Assembly (NCBI GenBank): GCA_013265495.1
Contig: MU057930.1
Span: 1,256,057 to 1,320,056, forward strand
Source: Vicugna vicugna
Lineage: Eukaryota
Reading direction: 5' to 3'
Length of the DNA: 64,000 nucleotides
Every line of letters starts with the position of its first letter. The stretch's first letter is position 1. This document shows positions 50,500-64,000 of this stretch, piece after piece. The notes under the pieces were generated by a model. That model was not told where the DNA came from. It was given only the letters and a program-made list of their open reading frames with translations, and did not search any database. Made by a program: the position numbers and the translations under genes.

Positions 50500-50640
50500 A
50501 AATGGAGTTTATTTTTGTGCGTGGTGTGGCGTGTGGCAGCCCCGTTTTCCCAGGTAGGTGTTCCTTCTGATGCAATGGTAAATGCAATCGTTTCTTTAAT
50601 TTCCCTTGTTAGCATACAGAAATGCAGCCGATTTCCGTGT
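50500..50640 (-). mobile_element. LINE-1 ORF2 fragment
   Basis: tgatgcaatggtaaatgcaatcgtttctttaatttc, translating on the minus strand as REIKETIAFTIAS. Confidence 0.65.
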
Positions 50641-53329
50641 CTAATTAGTCTGGGTGAGGCGGGGGCTCTGGCACGTCAGCCACGAGCCCTCCGAGCAGCT
50701 GAGCTGGAGATGCCTAGCGCTGCATTCCGCGACAGCGCCTCGCGGCCTCCTGGTCCTCTGTGGACTCCCAAACCAACACTTCAGGGTCCTGCACTGGGCA
50801 CAGCTGTAGACTTTGGACTGGTTTCCTTCCCTTTCAGACCTCTTTCTGGCTGCACATTCTGAGTCTAATTTTCTGAGCCTGGGAGCTGGACTGCTTGGCC
50901 CAACCCAACAGGTAGGAGACGCTTCTTTCACCCCAACAGGCAGGAGATGGGGTGCAGGGCGATGTGGCTACAGGCTGCCCTGCAGTCTTGTGCAGCCTCG
51001 CATCGTGCTCAGCGGTCCCCTTGCACAGAGTCCCTCAGGCCCTGCCTGCCTCGGACAGCGCGTGGCTGATTCAAATACCGATGGTGACAAGCCAGTGACA
51101 CAGAAAAGGGAAGTGGGCCGGGTGGTGACAGAGAGGAGTGAGGACTGTGGCGGACGGGGCAGCCTGGGTCCTGTCTCGAGGGGACGCCAGCTGAGGAGAG
51201 CCAGCCCGCTGGCACCACATCAGAACCCAGCCTCCCGCTGCTACACCTTCTGACTTGGCAGGAGCTGGGACCCCGAGGGCTGCGTCTCACGCAGGGTGAG
51301 GCAGTGAATACTCTCAAAAGTCGTCAAGTGTTTTCAACATCTCTTTAGGCTGAATGCGGCTCACAACACTATTCTGACTTCTAGACTATGACAAATTGAG
51401 CAAGGAATTCAGCTTTTTGGCTACTCATAACCAGTCATCAGTACAGACATATCTTGTATCAGAGGCTCTTGATCTTCCTCCCCGGTCTGAGTTTTCTTAT
51501 GTCTTAAGTAGCAGATAACGGTTCAACAACAGGTGTCTGAATGTTCACTGAAACAGGCCTGGCGGTTGTCTGCCAAGGTTGGTGCAGAAATGGGTTTCGA
51601 TCTGTATGTTCGCTACTGGGTTCTGTCCTTTCCTGCTCTCTTCCGGCTCCAGCCGTTACTTTAAAGACGAGAACCCAAGGATATTAGTGGCTATGGTATT
51701 AACACAGATCTGACCTTTCTGATCAGCACAACTGGGAAATGAGGAGTGAGCACCACTGGATGAACAGCAATGAGTCAATTTAGCGAGATGATGTGACTCT
51801 AAATTGTAGAGGCTGCCCTTCTTTCTCCAGGTTCATGTCGAGTCATCCTCCCAAAACACAGCACAAGAAAAGCGTAAGCACAAGGCAACAGTGAAACGTC
51901 AGAGGCCCCGTTACCAGCAACGTCGCACTAAAGCCAAGTAACTCCTCACAGGTGATTAGCTAAGATGTGAAGATGATGACACAGCGCTGTAAACTGACTA
52001 CACTTCAATAAAATGCACATACATTAAAAAAAAAAAAGATTTGAAGACGTCCTTGCTGATATGCCAGGCCTGTGGAACACCAAACAACACACATCTCGGC
52101 ATGAATGGGTCATTTTATCAATGTTTCTTAAATCAAGGCCCAGCTGAATCTTCAGCAACTCCGAATGTGCAGATTGTCTCACCACTGGAACTCATTCTCG
52201 TGGTCTAGCCTGCATTTTCCCCTTTTGCAGGTGCAAACACACCAGACTTACAAAGGACAGAAGCACACCTTCTAAGAAGCTAGCTCCAGTGTAACAAAGG
52301 GAGTGACCCCTTCGGGTGAGCAGAGGCCGGGATGGAGCTCAGCAGCACATGAGGAGGACTTCAGCCAGGAAGACCCCCCACCAGGCGGGGGCCCCCGGAT
52401 CAAGATGTTATGACTGTCTTGATGCCTGCTAACCCAGGTGCTAAGGGATGTCCAGGACCAGCCATCGGGTCCTGGAGGACTGCTGGCGGCCCTGACCCTG
52501 TCCTGTGCTAGAATACCCCGTAGCTGCACGCGGCAGCTCTACCCTACCCGAAGGCATCCTGAATCCACCAGAAGGCTTTCCGGAGCACCTTCCTTACACT
52601 TCTGAGCTAGTGCACCTTGCACTTTGGGTACCAGACTCCCCTTATTTTCAAAGCTCATCAGACACCAAGTGGAAACTCACTCTTCCTCTACAAACGTATA
52701 CTTGATCCTACCTTACCCCACGCCAGGGTGTCCTTTATATGTCAGGCCCCGTGATTGCTGTCTTCAAATCGTTCTGGTTCTAAGGACTTTTTCAAACACG
52801 TCTTTGTGAACTAAAGTCACCTGTCCCTTGTCATGCCAGAAGGTTCTACATCCTGTTCAACCACACCTGCATCTCTCTTGCAGCTGGCTGGCTAGACAGA
52901 ATGAATTTGTTGATGACTTTAATACACCTGCTGCTTCCCCACTCAAAATAAACTGACTGGAGTCTTCCTCTATGACCAAACCATAGACTTGGACTACCGA
53001 CATCCACTCAGGCCAGGCTCCATCCATGCTCTCACGCTTACTTCCCTCTCTCAGATCCACGCTGCTCAGGTTGACCTAGAGCCCATCCCTCAACGGACAG
53101 CGCCCACCTGGTGAGACGTTCTTGGATCTCCAGTATCTGAGGACACAGCACGGCTGCCTGGATCTGCCCTCTATTCTACCTCTATCTCGCTGGACATACG
53201 GTCATACTCTTGATTAAGACATCCCCTTCGAACCCCAGAGAGTGAATCCAGTAAGTGTTACACTGTGCCATCTCTGACATCCACAGAACTCTGGAGGCCA
53301 CCAGAGGACGGAGGGCAGACATCTAATCG

Positions 53330-53470
53330 ATACAGACTTTCACTCCTGCGTGATGAGTTCTGGACATGGATGGTGGCGACGGCTGCAACCAGAGTGTGAA
53401 TGTCATTAACGCCACTGTACCGTCTTCTTCCAACAGTTTAAACTGGTAACATGTGTATATTTACCATAAT
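53330..53470 (+). mobile_element. L1MB-type 3' end
   Basis: gttctggacatggatggtggcgacggctgca...gtgtgaatgtcattaacgccactg. Confidence 0.7.
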
Positions 53471-54089
53471 GGGGGGGGGGAGAGCTGCCCCTAGGCATCC
53501 AGAGCCTGAGGCTGGGTGCCCCACACAGTCATCTGTCTGGGACTGGATGCAGCAGAAATGGCCAGGCTTGAAATGAGTCAGGCACAGAAGGGGTTGGAGC
53601 CACAAGGAGACGTAAAAATAGGTACTCGGAAAAGAAGAGGATGTATTTCTACACTGAAGGTAACCTAAAGAAAGAATTTGTATTAAGAGAAAAGCTTCCC
53701 ACTTCGCTCTTCATTAGACGCTAAAAAGGTCATGCCTGTAAAACAAAAATGCCTCATTAGCATCTGACTGCCGATGCTCTGACGGTAATGCCGCTGCACC
53801 ACTGCTCTGGAGCAGGATCATCCAACTTGCTCAAGTTTTAGCAAACCTGTGACCACTGACCTAAAAACACTGCTTAATTAGAACGTTAACCTAAAACAAA
53901 CGTTAAGGAAATTATATGGGGAGAACATAAAAACATTTCTTTTTCTATTACAGCAGAAGACGGGTAAGCCCGTTAGGTGCGAGCTGTAGTGTGCAACCTT
54001 CGGTGTTGGGGCAAATGCAGGGCTTTCTGGGCTGCGTGCTTTCTGCACTGGGAGATTTTACAAGTGCAGCAGGGAGCAAACTAAGGCTC

Positions 54090-55760
54090 TGCTTCTAAGT
54101 GAAGGAAGCCAGAAAGAGAGAGGAAAATACCACACGGTATCGCTAATATGTGGAATCTCCAAAAAAACAGACACAGATGAACTTATTTACAAAACTGAAA
54201 CAGACTCACAGACACAGAAAACAAACTTACGGTTACTGGGAGGAAGTGGGTGGGAAGAGATAAACTGGGAGTTCGAGATTTGCACCTCTTGAGAAGTGAT
54301 GGAAATGTTAGCTCTCTCTTTTGTTTAATTTATGCATTTATTTTATAATATCGCATTTTTAAATGAATTGTAGTTGATGTACAATATTGTATGTCACAGG
54401 TATACAATGCAGCGACTCACAAGTTTTAAAGGTTATCCTCCATGTATAGTTACTGTAAACGCCTGGGTCTGCTCCCCGTGTTGCACAGCACATGCTTGTA
54501 GCTCATTTTACACCTGCTGGTTTGTATCTCTTAATCCTCCACCTCCACCTTGTCCCTGCCCCTCTCCCTCCCCAATGGTAACCACTAGTTCTTTCTCTAC
54601 ATCTGTGAGTCTGTTTCTTTCCTGTTATACTCACTAGTTTGTTGTATTTTTTAGATTCCACATGTAAGTGACATCTTATAGTACCTGTGTTTCTGTCTGA
54701 CTTACTTCACTCAGCATAATGCCATCCAAGTCCATCCACGTCGTACACCAGAAATTAATACAACATTTTAAATCGACAGTACTTCAATTAAAAAGCAAAT
54801 AAACAACCCACTTAAAATTTGGGTAGAAGCGCTGAACAGACATCTTTCCAAATGAGGAAATGCAGACGGCCAACAGGAACATAAAAAGTTGTTCAACATC
54901 ACTAACATCAGGGAAACGCAAATCAAAATCACCAGGCACCACTATCTCACACCTGTCACGTTGCTCGACCTTGGAGAGGTGGCCCTCTGTGGGAGACGTC
55001 CTGTCCGTCCCAGCAGTACACTCCTCTCTTTCACCCAAGGGCCAGGGTCCAGCCGGTCCCAGTGCAGAGTCTGGCCCGTGTTTGTGGACTCCTTCCACAG
55101 GCTTTGGGATTGCTGTGTTCTTATTTCTAGTATCTGCCCTGGTGGGTGAGGCCGGACTAGAGTCTTATGCAGGGTTCCTGAAGGAGGGGCCGGTGCCTGC
55201 CCGCTGCTGGGTGGAGCTTGCTCCTGGACCTCTGGTGGGTAGGGCCCTGTCTAGAGGCCTCTGGGGCTCAGGAAGTCTGCTGATGGGTGGGGCTGTGTTC
55301 CCACCCTGCTTGTTGTTTGGCCTGAGGCTTCCCTACAGGCTGTTGGCTGGGGCTGGGTCTTGGTGCTAATGATCCAATCAAGATGCCAGCCTCCAGGAAA
55401 GCTCATGTAGATGAACACTCTCGGAATGTCTGCCACCAGCAGACGTTTTTGTCCCGAGTGAGCCACAGCCATCCTCTAGGTTCCCAGAAGACCTTTTGGT
55501 TCCCAAAATCAGCAGGCAAGTCTGGCCCAGGTTCCTATGAAATCACTGCCTCTGCCCTTGGACCTGGTGCAGGCTAGATTCTATGTACGCCTCCCAAGAG
55601 AGTGAAGCCTGTGTTTCCCCCATTCCTGTGGGGCTCCTGGAGTTCAGCCCTGCTGGCCTTCAAAACCAGATGTCCTGGGGTCTCCTCCTCCTCCCAAAGC
55701 TGGAACCCCAGGCTGGGGAGCATGACGTGAGGCTCAGAAGTCTCACTCCTGTGGGAGCGG
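54090..55760. mobile_element. Mosaic cluster of LINE-1 fragments in both orientations
   Basis: Plus 3'UTR 54090-54312; minus 3'UTR ~54350-54742; plus tail and ORF2 ~54745-54955; L1 5'-region-like sequence ~54990-55760. Confidence 0.75.
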
Positions 55761-56479
55761 CTCACTTGATTACGTCCACACCCTGAATAACAGCCCTGCC
55801 CCTGCACCCTAGTCCCCGCCCTGAATAATGCCCCTGGCCCTAGCCCTCTGCATGATTGTCAAACGGGTCTCCACATGGAGAAGTCCAGCTCCCCCAATGC
55901 AGTCAGCTCCCCTGCACGTCCCTTAAGACGTACATCCATCCCCTCAAGGCTCAAATGCACGCGCTGTCTCACACCCATACCAACTTAGAATCTGCTTCTA
56001 CACGTTCTATTATTCCAAATAGGTATTTAATAGGCATTTCAATCATTCAAGCAGGCATCTCAATAAGTGATGGAGAGCCAGATCACGGTGAGGGCGAAAG
56101 CGGGAAATCAGACTCAGAAGGTGCTGACTTCATTTCTTTGCAACTCAGCACATCCAGCTTCCGGTGAAACCAGAGGCGGTGAGCAGGAGGTCAGCCCAGG
56201 AGGCTTTTCTGCTGGGCCCACAGGGGTGGGGATATTGCACTTCCATCTCTGAGACCTGTGTTCCTTCTCTCACCCTGACCGTGCCGGCTCCCTGGGTCAC
56301 ACCAGAGTCAGAGCCTCCTCACGTGTTGAGTTCATTTCCTTCCAGCTCAGCACATCCAACCATCAACACAAGGGACAGCAGAGGCAACGAACACCCACAG
56401 GCAGCGTGATTTAGAGCTTTGCTCTGGGGCCGGCAGGTGGATCATCGCACTCGGCTCACGAGAGGGAGGCTTCCAGATG

Positions 56480-57580
56480 TACACTTCTTTACGTGCTATT
56501 TTTGCGGAGGTATGGCCGACGTCAGTTTCAGATGAACAGCACACTTGTGTGATGTTTGTGCATACTGCAAGACGATCACCCCCATTAGTCTCGTTAACTT
56601 TTGTCACCATACGTGGTTCCAAAGGCAACCCGCCCCCCAGCTTAGGAGAAATGTCAAACACCACTTTGCCAGCAACTTTCAGGCGTGCAGGGCGGTACTG
56701 AGGACGGTCAGCCTGCTGTAACGTTACACCCCCGTGGCTCACTTATTTTGTAAATGAAAGACTGCATCTTTGGACCCGTTGCTTGACAATCACCAATCTG
56801 TTCTCTTTCTCTATAAGCTTGGGGGGCGGTTTTTGTTGTGTTGTGTGTGTCTGTGTGTTTCATTTATTTATTAATTTTTTTAGATTCCACATACTGAGAT
56901 CATCTAGTGTTTGTCTTTCTCTGACTCACACCACTCAGTGTAATTCTTTCATTCATGTTGTCAGAAACGGCAAGATTTCATTCTTCTTTGTAACTGAATA
57001 TCCCCTCCCTACCTGTAGACACACCCATACACACTACATTTTCTGTCTCCAGTCATCCACAGATGGGCATTTAGGCTGATTCCAGATCCTGGTCGTTGTA
57101 AACAGAGCTGCAAGTGTCTTATCAAGTTAGTGTCCCTGTTTCCTTTGCGTAAACAGCCAGAAGTGGAAATGCCAATCATAAGGTAGTTGTATTTTTAATT
57201 TTTTGAGGAACCTCCTACCTGTTCTCTGTTAGCACCAATTTACATTCACACCAACATGGCACAAGGGCTCCCTTTTCTCCATGTTCTCAACGACACTTGT
57301 GGTTTGTTGTCATTTTGATGATGGCCATTCTGAAAGGTGTGAGGCGATGTCTCACTGGGGTTTTGACTTGTACCTTCTGGATGATCAGTGATTGTGACCA
57401 TCTATTCATGCACCTCTTGGCCATCTTTTCTTTAAAAGAAACGTCTATTCAAATTCTCTGGTCTTTTTTACACTGGGCTGTTTCTTTTTTCACTAATGAG
57501 TTCTTTCTATATCTTAGCTACTAACCCCTCACCAGGTATGTGATTTGCAAATGGTATTTTTTCCTGTTCAGTAGATTGCT
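56480..57580 (-). mobile_element. Old LINE-1 (L1MA/MB) 3' end
   Basis: ttttagattccacat, atttttaattttttgaggaacctcc, tgatggccattctgaaaggtgtgagg are reverse L1 motifs. Confidence 0.85.
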
Positions 57581-57689
57581 CTACCACTGAGCAGTTTCCT
57601 ATTTCCGAATCTTCTTGAGTCTGGGCAAAGTTGTGAACAGAGAGGAACTGATACTTTGGATCATAAAGGGTTATACAGTGTTACATGCT

Positions 57690-58067
57690 TTCCTTGGGCA
57701 GTTTTTTCTTGAGAAACATCACCATGCAGTGGGGAAGCCAAGAAGCCACCTGGAGGTGACAGGTGTAACTATTCTGAGAGCCCCAGAGAGGTCCTAGCTG
57801 ACAGCCAGCATGCGTGCACAGACACAGGAACGAGCCAGCCTTTAGTGCACTCCAGCCCCCGGCCACGGACTGAGCCTACCACCCCCACCCCCTAGGCCTT
57901 TGTAAATTCCCAGTTGAGGCCCCGAACATCGTGAGTAGAGGCAAGCCATGCCGAAATGAATCCTCCCAGAATTCCTGACCCACAGCATCCGCTCAGGTAA
58001 TAAAAAGACTGCTGCTTTAGAAGATTCAATTACGGGTGATTTGTTATAAAGCAATAGAACGGGAACA
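57690..58067 (+). mobile_element. MLT1G/H-like MaLR LTR
   Basis: catgcagtggggaagccaag...cctagctgacagccagca...gaattcctgacccacag...tttgttataaagcaataga...aaca. Confidence 0.7.
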
Positions 58068-61034
58068 CGGACAAACCCCAGTGTCAAATTCAAGCAAAAA
58101 CCCAGAAGATTAAAAAAGGCACCGAATATACTTCCCTACTCTATATATACTTTGATAACATACATATATATATATATGATTGCCTTTAAAAAAGGTAGCA
58201 ATTCTTTGCAAAAGTATTTCTTAGTAGGATGTCACAAAAAGTGATTTTCTTTCTCAATATATGCACTTTCACATACACAATTATTAATAAATACTCCTAG
58301 ACAGCATTTATATTTATGGTACAAATGGGGGAAATCATTTTTTTAAGGGAAAGATGATTTTTAAAACTATATATGAATGGTTTCCATCTGTGTCACGCAA
58401 GGACTATGGGTGGTAAGTAAATGGCATTTCTCACAGTTCTCAAGCTTTTCCTCCCATGATGTGAGTATTCAGTACAAGACTGAGCCACCTACTTCGTAAC
58501 AAGTTTTAGACTTTCATAAATGACATATTCTAGCCAGGAATGTTGGAAGCATAAGAAACATTTTTTTCAACTGCCAATTATGATGGAATTTATATTTAAA
58601 AGCAGGTGCTATCTTGTGTCAGCATTCAACAGAGCAAAATGAAATTTTTCAGTGACTTTTCCTCCATGTTTTTACAAAACTCTGTCTCTTCTGTGACTTA
58701 AGCTGAGTGGCTACTACACTATCAACCTATAATTAGAAAATAACGTACACCATTGTCAAATTTTGATTCAATCACTATATTTAAAAAAAAAAGACACTAA
58801 ATTAAGGTGGATGACAAGAACACTTGCTCCTTGGTCTTTAAACAAACTAATAAAATAAAACAAAACAACCCTTAATTTCCCCTAGTGAGGAAAATCTGAA
58901 TGATAAATAAACACACAGTTTCTAATTTACTAGCAATGGAACAAACAAAACAAAACAGGATTTCACAGCCTTTAGCTCAGCAAACATTTAAACGTCTACT
59001 GGATTCACCGTTGGGAAACTGTAGCAATGGGAAACTTACACACAATTTTTGAGGAGCAACTGAGTATCTTCTAATAAAATGGAAAACCTCTCTTGCATGT
59101 TACTGAGCAATAGCTTTCAGTGAGGCAGCAAGATGTATTTAATGGCTGGGGTTTCCCGGTTTTACTTTTGGTTTTTCTGGTTTTTGTTTTGGAGGTTTTT
59201 GTTGCTGATGGTGTTTGTTTTTCTCTTCTTTTTGGATGTAGAGTCTGGGTTTGATCTCAACCTTCCTGCTTACTGGCTGTGGGATTTGAGAATCTAGCTA
59301 CTATCCATAGATTCCAATATATGGTTTATGGAAACTAGAGCTTTGCCGAGGACGACTGAGTTTCGTATTCATAAAGACCACTTTACAATATACGCCAAAG
59401 AAGTGCTGATGCAGGTACACAAAGAGGCAGCGACACCTTGTTTTTCGGCCGCTCTGCTGTAAAACAGGAACCCTGGGGATGACCTGCACGCAGCAAGAGC
59501 GCTAAAGAAGGAAACCCCCGCGTCTTCACGTAAGCCGAGTAAACACCGTCAGGAAGGTGCTCTCTCTGGGGACAAACGCAGAAACTGGGTATCGAGCAGT
59601 AATTTGAAAGTGAAGCGTACCTCCTTCTGAGACCTCAGATCCAGAAGGAGTGTCTGCGTTGCTGGTGGGTTAGAAACCACCCAGACGGGCGGCCTGGGTG
59701 CCGATACTGTCATCAGCCCCACACGGCACTCACTGTCTGGAAAGCCCGAGTGAGGTCCTGCTGGCTTCGAACACCGAAATAGAGAGATGAAACGCTACCT
59801 TGAAAAGAGAACTAAGGTTGTTATCTTACAGAATACAACCATGCACATGTACAAAGATGAAATCTAGATACAGCTCCATGCCATACTTGGCATACGTGTG
59901 TACACGCATCGTGAGCTGACATTTTAAATTCACATTTTAAAATCGGAGAAGAGCGACAGACCTTATTTTCCTACGTATTTCCGTCTTGCTCGTGTTACAG
60001 GGCCTTTGCATGGAAGCATCATTAACCTCATGCACCCAACATACTATATTAAAATTTGATTGACGTGCACTTTGGCAATTTCAATGTCTTTTTCAAACAT
60101 TTGACTGAGTGCTGGAATTCTTGCCCTGCTGCAGGTTTTCTAGTTTCTGGAATGGTCCACCATTATACCCCCTTCCACCTTATCAACTCAGCCTATTCCG
60201 CAGTAAGGTGTTCCACCAGCCTCTCTTGGAAGAGGGGTATACCACTCAGGGAAAAAAAAAAAAAAAAGAAGCATGCTGTCACTCTAAAGTGACTGTTGCA
60301 AAATGTCTGCTGAAACTAGAAATTTCGTTGGACAGCCAGAAACCTTTAGGAAGGGAAACACTGGCAGGTGCTGTGAGCAGCAAGGTCCTGGGAGTCAGGA
60401 TCTAACTGCTGCATGGCACTCCCATCATCTCTGCACCCCTCCAGGACAGGGAAAAGCGGACACCCCATGCAGACTGAGCCAGACACATCCAGACGTCTGA
60501 CCCTCACCTGTGGGAGAAGGAAACACACTGCACTTGGTGCAGAGGTGTAGCATCCTGAATCCTCCTCTCTGCATCAGGAACTCACAGAACACCGCAACAT
60601 CCCCAGTGAGCCGAAGTGGCAGAAGGAGAAAGCAGACAGCTGGGGGGCAGGAAGCACGCCCGCCCCTGACACTAACCGTGGGAGGCGCTCTCGGGTCTGA
60701 GGTAAGGACAGCCGTTCTCGGACACTGGAACCCGCAGCGGTTAGGAACCGAAGCGGGACATCACTACAGGACCATGCTTTCCTCTGTCCGGCCCAATGAG
60801 TTACGTGAGGTGGCAGGCGGACGACCTGGGTCTGTCTGTCCATCTGACCCTCCCAGGTACTGAAAACACTGCTGCAAGTGTGGTCCCTACAGTTACTGTC
60901 GAACATCGTGCAAACACGCCGAGTGACCGCGAAGCTTTGAGAACTCTAAAACACATGCTAAGCTCCTTCTGTGTACTGTGCCCTGATAAGCACCCTGGAT
61001 AATGGATTCTTCACCTCGGCACGTCCACAGCATC

Positions 61035-61211
61035 ACTGGCTTTTGTAAGTAAAGTATCACTGGAAGCCGGTCACACTCATTCCTTTCTGCATTGTCTGTG
61101 GCTTGTTTGTGTCCTACAGTGACAGCTGAGTTACGGCAACAGGGGCTTGATAACTGAAACCCAGAAATATTTACCAGTGGACCCTTCCTAGGGAAAATCT
61201 GACGGTCCTTT
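61035..61211. mobile_element. MER58A-like hAT-Charlie element
   Basis: ttttgtaagtaaag...cattgtctgtggc...aaatatttacc...ggaaaatctgac. Confidence 0.7.
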
Positions 61212-62714
61212 CAGCGCTGTTAGCACCGTTAAAATAGAAAACGTTTTCCATTCTTCTCCCTCAGCTTGCCGTGGTTTTTAAACTTTTGCTGTTCAGTGTT
61301 GTAACTAACGAAATAAAATATTTAGTCATCGGTATACTTTTTCCCTTTGATCTTTCTACTGTGCAATGCTAGTTCTAAATTTCAGTTTCAGAGGACTCAG
61401 TTTGTACTGAGAATCACTGGAATGCAGGGTTTTTGGACAGTCCCCTAAGTATTTCGTGATGACAACGGTGGAACACCACACATGACTGACTCCACATGTT
61501 ACTTCACTTCTTGATACACGTGTCTGTTCTGCCAACACTCTCGAACGTCCGTTTACTGACAAGCAAGGAAAGATGCAATGGAAAGGAACTACGCCTTGCC
61601 ATCTTTTTCTTTCTGGTTTGTTCTTGTTTCTTAAGAAGGGCCACACTGTGGTCCCAATGCAAAGCATGACCGCTCTGAGCGGTGAGGGCGTCCACTTGGC
61701 CGCAGATGTAACATTCACCTTGCACTCGCTCTGAATCCTGCGGACCTCCCACCCATGGTGGGTCCGGCCAAACTGTGTGCTCACGGACCACTGTGAACCG
61801 GGTAATCTACTGGGGTAACAAGGAAGGGACTTGGAATCAAGGCACGACACCCATAAGCTCCCCTGTTCAGGCAAGCTTACTTTTCCCACTGCTCTCCACT
61901 TACAAAGCACAGCTGCAAAGTGCTCCTTCTTCAGAACCTGAAGGCAGATGCGGCAGAACAGCGACCCCCGTATGTGACCTTCTGCAAATGGGACCCTGCG
62001 CACGATGCTCATGCCATCCACCCGTGACGGGGGACCCGGTGTTAGGAACCTGTGCCATTAAATTTCTCGTTTCAATCCAATTACTGTCCGTCCTAATCAG
62101 AGACTGCCATCCTGGGGGGAAAGCTAGGTTTTTCAAGTTGTGATGCTAGGGGAAGTATTCTTAACCTCTGCCTGATATGGAACATTACGTAAGAGGACTA
62201 GACTGTAAACGCCCTTCTTCGGGTCTTTCGGTTGAACTCTGTGTTCAGAGACTCACCGAGGCGGATTTAAATACATGCAGCTTACTGTTCTTCATGGCTG
62301 TACTGACTTCCTTTGTACCACTGCAACACAGGTGGTCCATCCAGTCTACTTCTGAGGAGGACACATGTGTTCTGGGGGTTTGCTTTGACGAAAGAAGTCT
62401 GTGAACATCCCTGCAAGTGCCTCGTGGTCTACGTGGTCCTGAGATATCCATGGTTTATGCATTCGAGCAGAACTGCTGGTTTATGACTTATTCTTACCAT
62501 AGACTTCCCTCTGAAACCACACTGACAACTGACAATCCAACAACAGGTGGGTGGGCGTGTCCACTGATTCAAGGCCCCGGGTGTCCTCAGTATTTGTCAA
62601 ATATTGTTGTTTTAGCAAACCGTATAGCAAGACATGATACCTCATTGTTAAGTTTGTGCGTATATTCCATGAATGAACTTAAAAACCTTTCATATGTTTG
62701 AGTTCTATTCATTT

Positions 62715-63048
62715 TGTATTGAAGCACAGTTGACTTACAATGTTGTGATGGTTTCAGGTGTACAGCATAGTGATTCAGTTGTACATACATACTTTTTCAT
62801 TACAGGTTATTACAAGATATTAAGTGGAGTTCCCTGTATTATACAGTAGGAACATGTTTATCTATTTTACATATATATATATGAGTTAACATCTGCAAAT
62901 CTCGAACTCGCAGTTTATCCCTTCCCCCTGGCAACCAGAAGTTTGTTTTCTGTCTGTGAGTCTTTCTGTTCTGTAAATAAGTTCCTTTGTCTTTTTTTCA
63001 GATTCCACATATGCGATATCCTATTTTTCTTTCTCTTTCTGGCTTACA
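62715..63048 (-). mobile_element. LINE-1 3'UTR fragment (camelid type)
   Basis: Reverse of the 3'UTR seen at 8340-8660: ggttattacaagatatt...agttccctgt...ctgcaaatctcgaactc. Confidence 0.9.
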
Positions 63049-64000
63049 TAAATTTTTAATAGAGAATCTTTTTAGTGCTTTTGCTCACCTTTACTTCAGT
63101 GACTGCCTCTTGAAGAGTGGACATGTGCTGTCTTCATTATCCCACAGTCTTCATGGGTAGGTGAATGCAGTTTCCTTTGGTTGAGTAAGGCAGTTTTAGG
63201 CACAGAGTAAAGGCTCCATAAAACGTTTCTGAACTGAACTGAACAGAAAGCATTTGTGTGTGTGTGATTTGATTCTGAATTCTGGGTCTTTCCAAATTAA
63301 GGAGAGCCCATGACTATACACAACTAATTACGCTCCAAATAGTTAATGTTTCCTATTTTCATCGGCCAGAAGACAAGCAAAGATTAATCAACTGCTCTCT
63401 ATCACAGCTTCACAAGGAGGAAAAAAGGGCATTTACAAACTCAAGAAAATCTGCCTTCTCCCATTTTCCTTCCTGTGCATGGCTACGACTCCCTCACATT
63501 TTCTGGCATGAGTTTCTGGCAACTGATGTTAATTCTTACGACTCACCGCTTGCCTAGAGTAAGCCGTGTCATTTAATTAAGGAACAAAAATAATACTGGT
63601 AAGAAAGGCATCGGGATGTAGAGAGAAAATACTTTTAAAACCTTGCACTAAACTACAGAGTTCACCAACTATCCGTACACTTCAGCATCCACGTGAAGGT
63701 GGCAGGGCCCAGATGACTAACACACTGAAGTTAGAATCGCGGTGGAGTGAGTCAGGAGACGGACAGCTCCTCACAGCTTTCATTTCCGTAAGAAGCCTTG
63801 TATCCATACATAAGATGTATGTTTACATCGGTATGTAAGTGGGTTGTCCTCGTAACGTGGCGATTCTGCTTCATTCTGCAGTCACAACAGCAATCTGGTT
63901 CCTTATATCAGACGCTCAAATGGTTTTAAAGCGCGTTCCTGTTTTCGGTTCCCTAGCGATTCTGAACACTGAAAACGAACACGCACACCGGAACCACGAG

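Noticed and set aside
50209..50862. 217-aa ORF
   Set aside because: Runs across LTR and L1 fragments.
59311..60201. Isolated exon-like segments at 59311-59414 and 60135-60201
   Set aside because: Single plausible splice pairs are expected by chance in 64 kb, and no coherent chain or known peptide emerged.
61356..62021. 221-aa minus-strand ORF
   Set aside because: No recognisable motif, codon pattern or convincing exon boundaries.

Overview
This is mammalian, repeat-rich genomic DNA, most likely camelid. The basis is one tRNA-derived SINE resembling camelid Vic-1, many cetartiodactyl-type LINE-1 3' ends, and no Alu, B1, Bov-A or PRE-1 SINEs. GC-shifted old repeats and homogenised MLT1B-like LTRs suggest a high-recombination subtelomeric or pseudoautosomal-like setting. 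I could not identify any known protein-coding gene; the long ORFs in the track are L1 ORF2 remnants or by-products of GC-rich or low-complexity sequence. The window has three CpG-rich islands (about 20.1-20.5, 27.2-27.8 and 33.0-34.1 kb). Splice signals support a minus-strand, probably non-coding transcript from the 27.5 kb island. They also support a plus-strand three-exon chain (15.4-18.5 kb) that splices into one open 103-codon frame. The most striking structure is a solo ERV LTR (11820-12387) with no short TSD, sitting exactly at the junction of a ~1.5 kb tandem duplication. Other notable items are a 43-bp E-box VNTR and a 21-bp GC-box VNTR flanking one island, an LTR with a 355-bp internal duplication, and the same chimeric L1 junction found twice 31.8 kb apart. 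Repeat family names come from my recall of consensus sequences and need RepeatMasker/Dfam confirmation.
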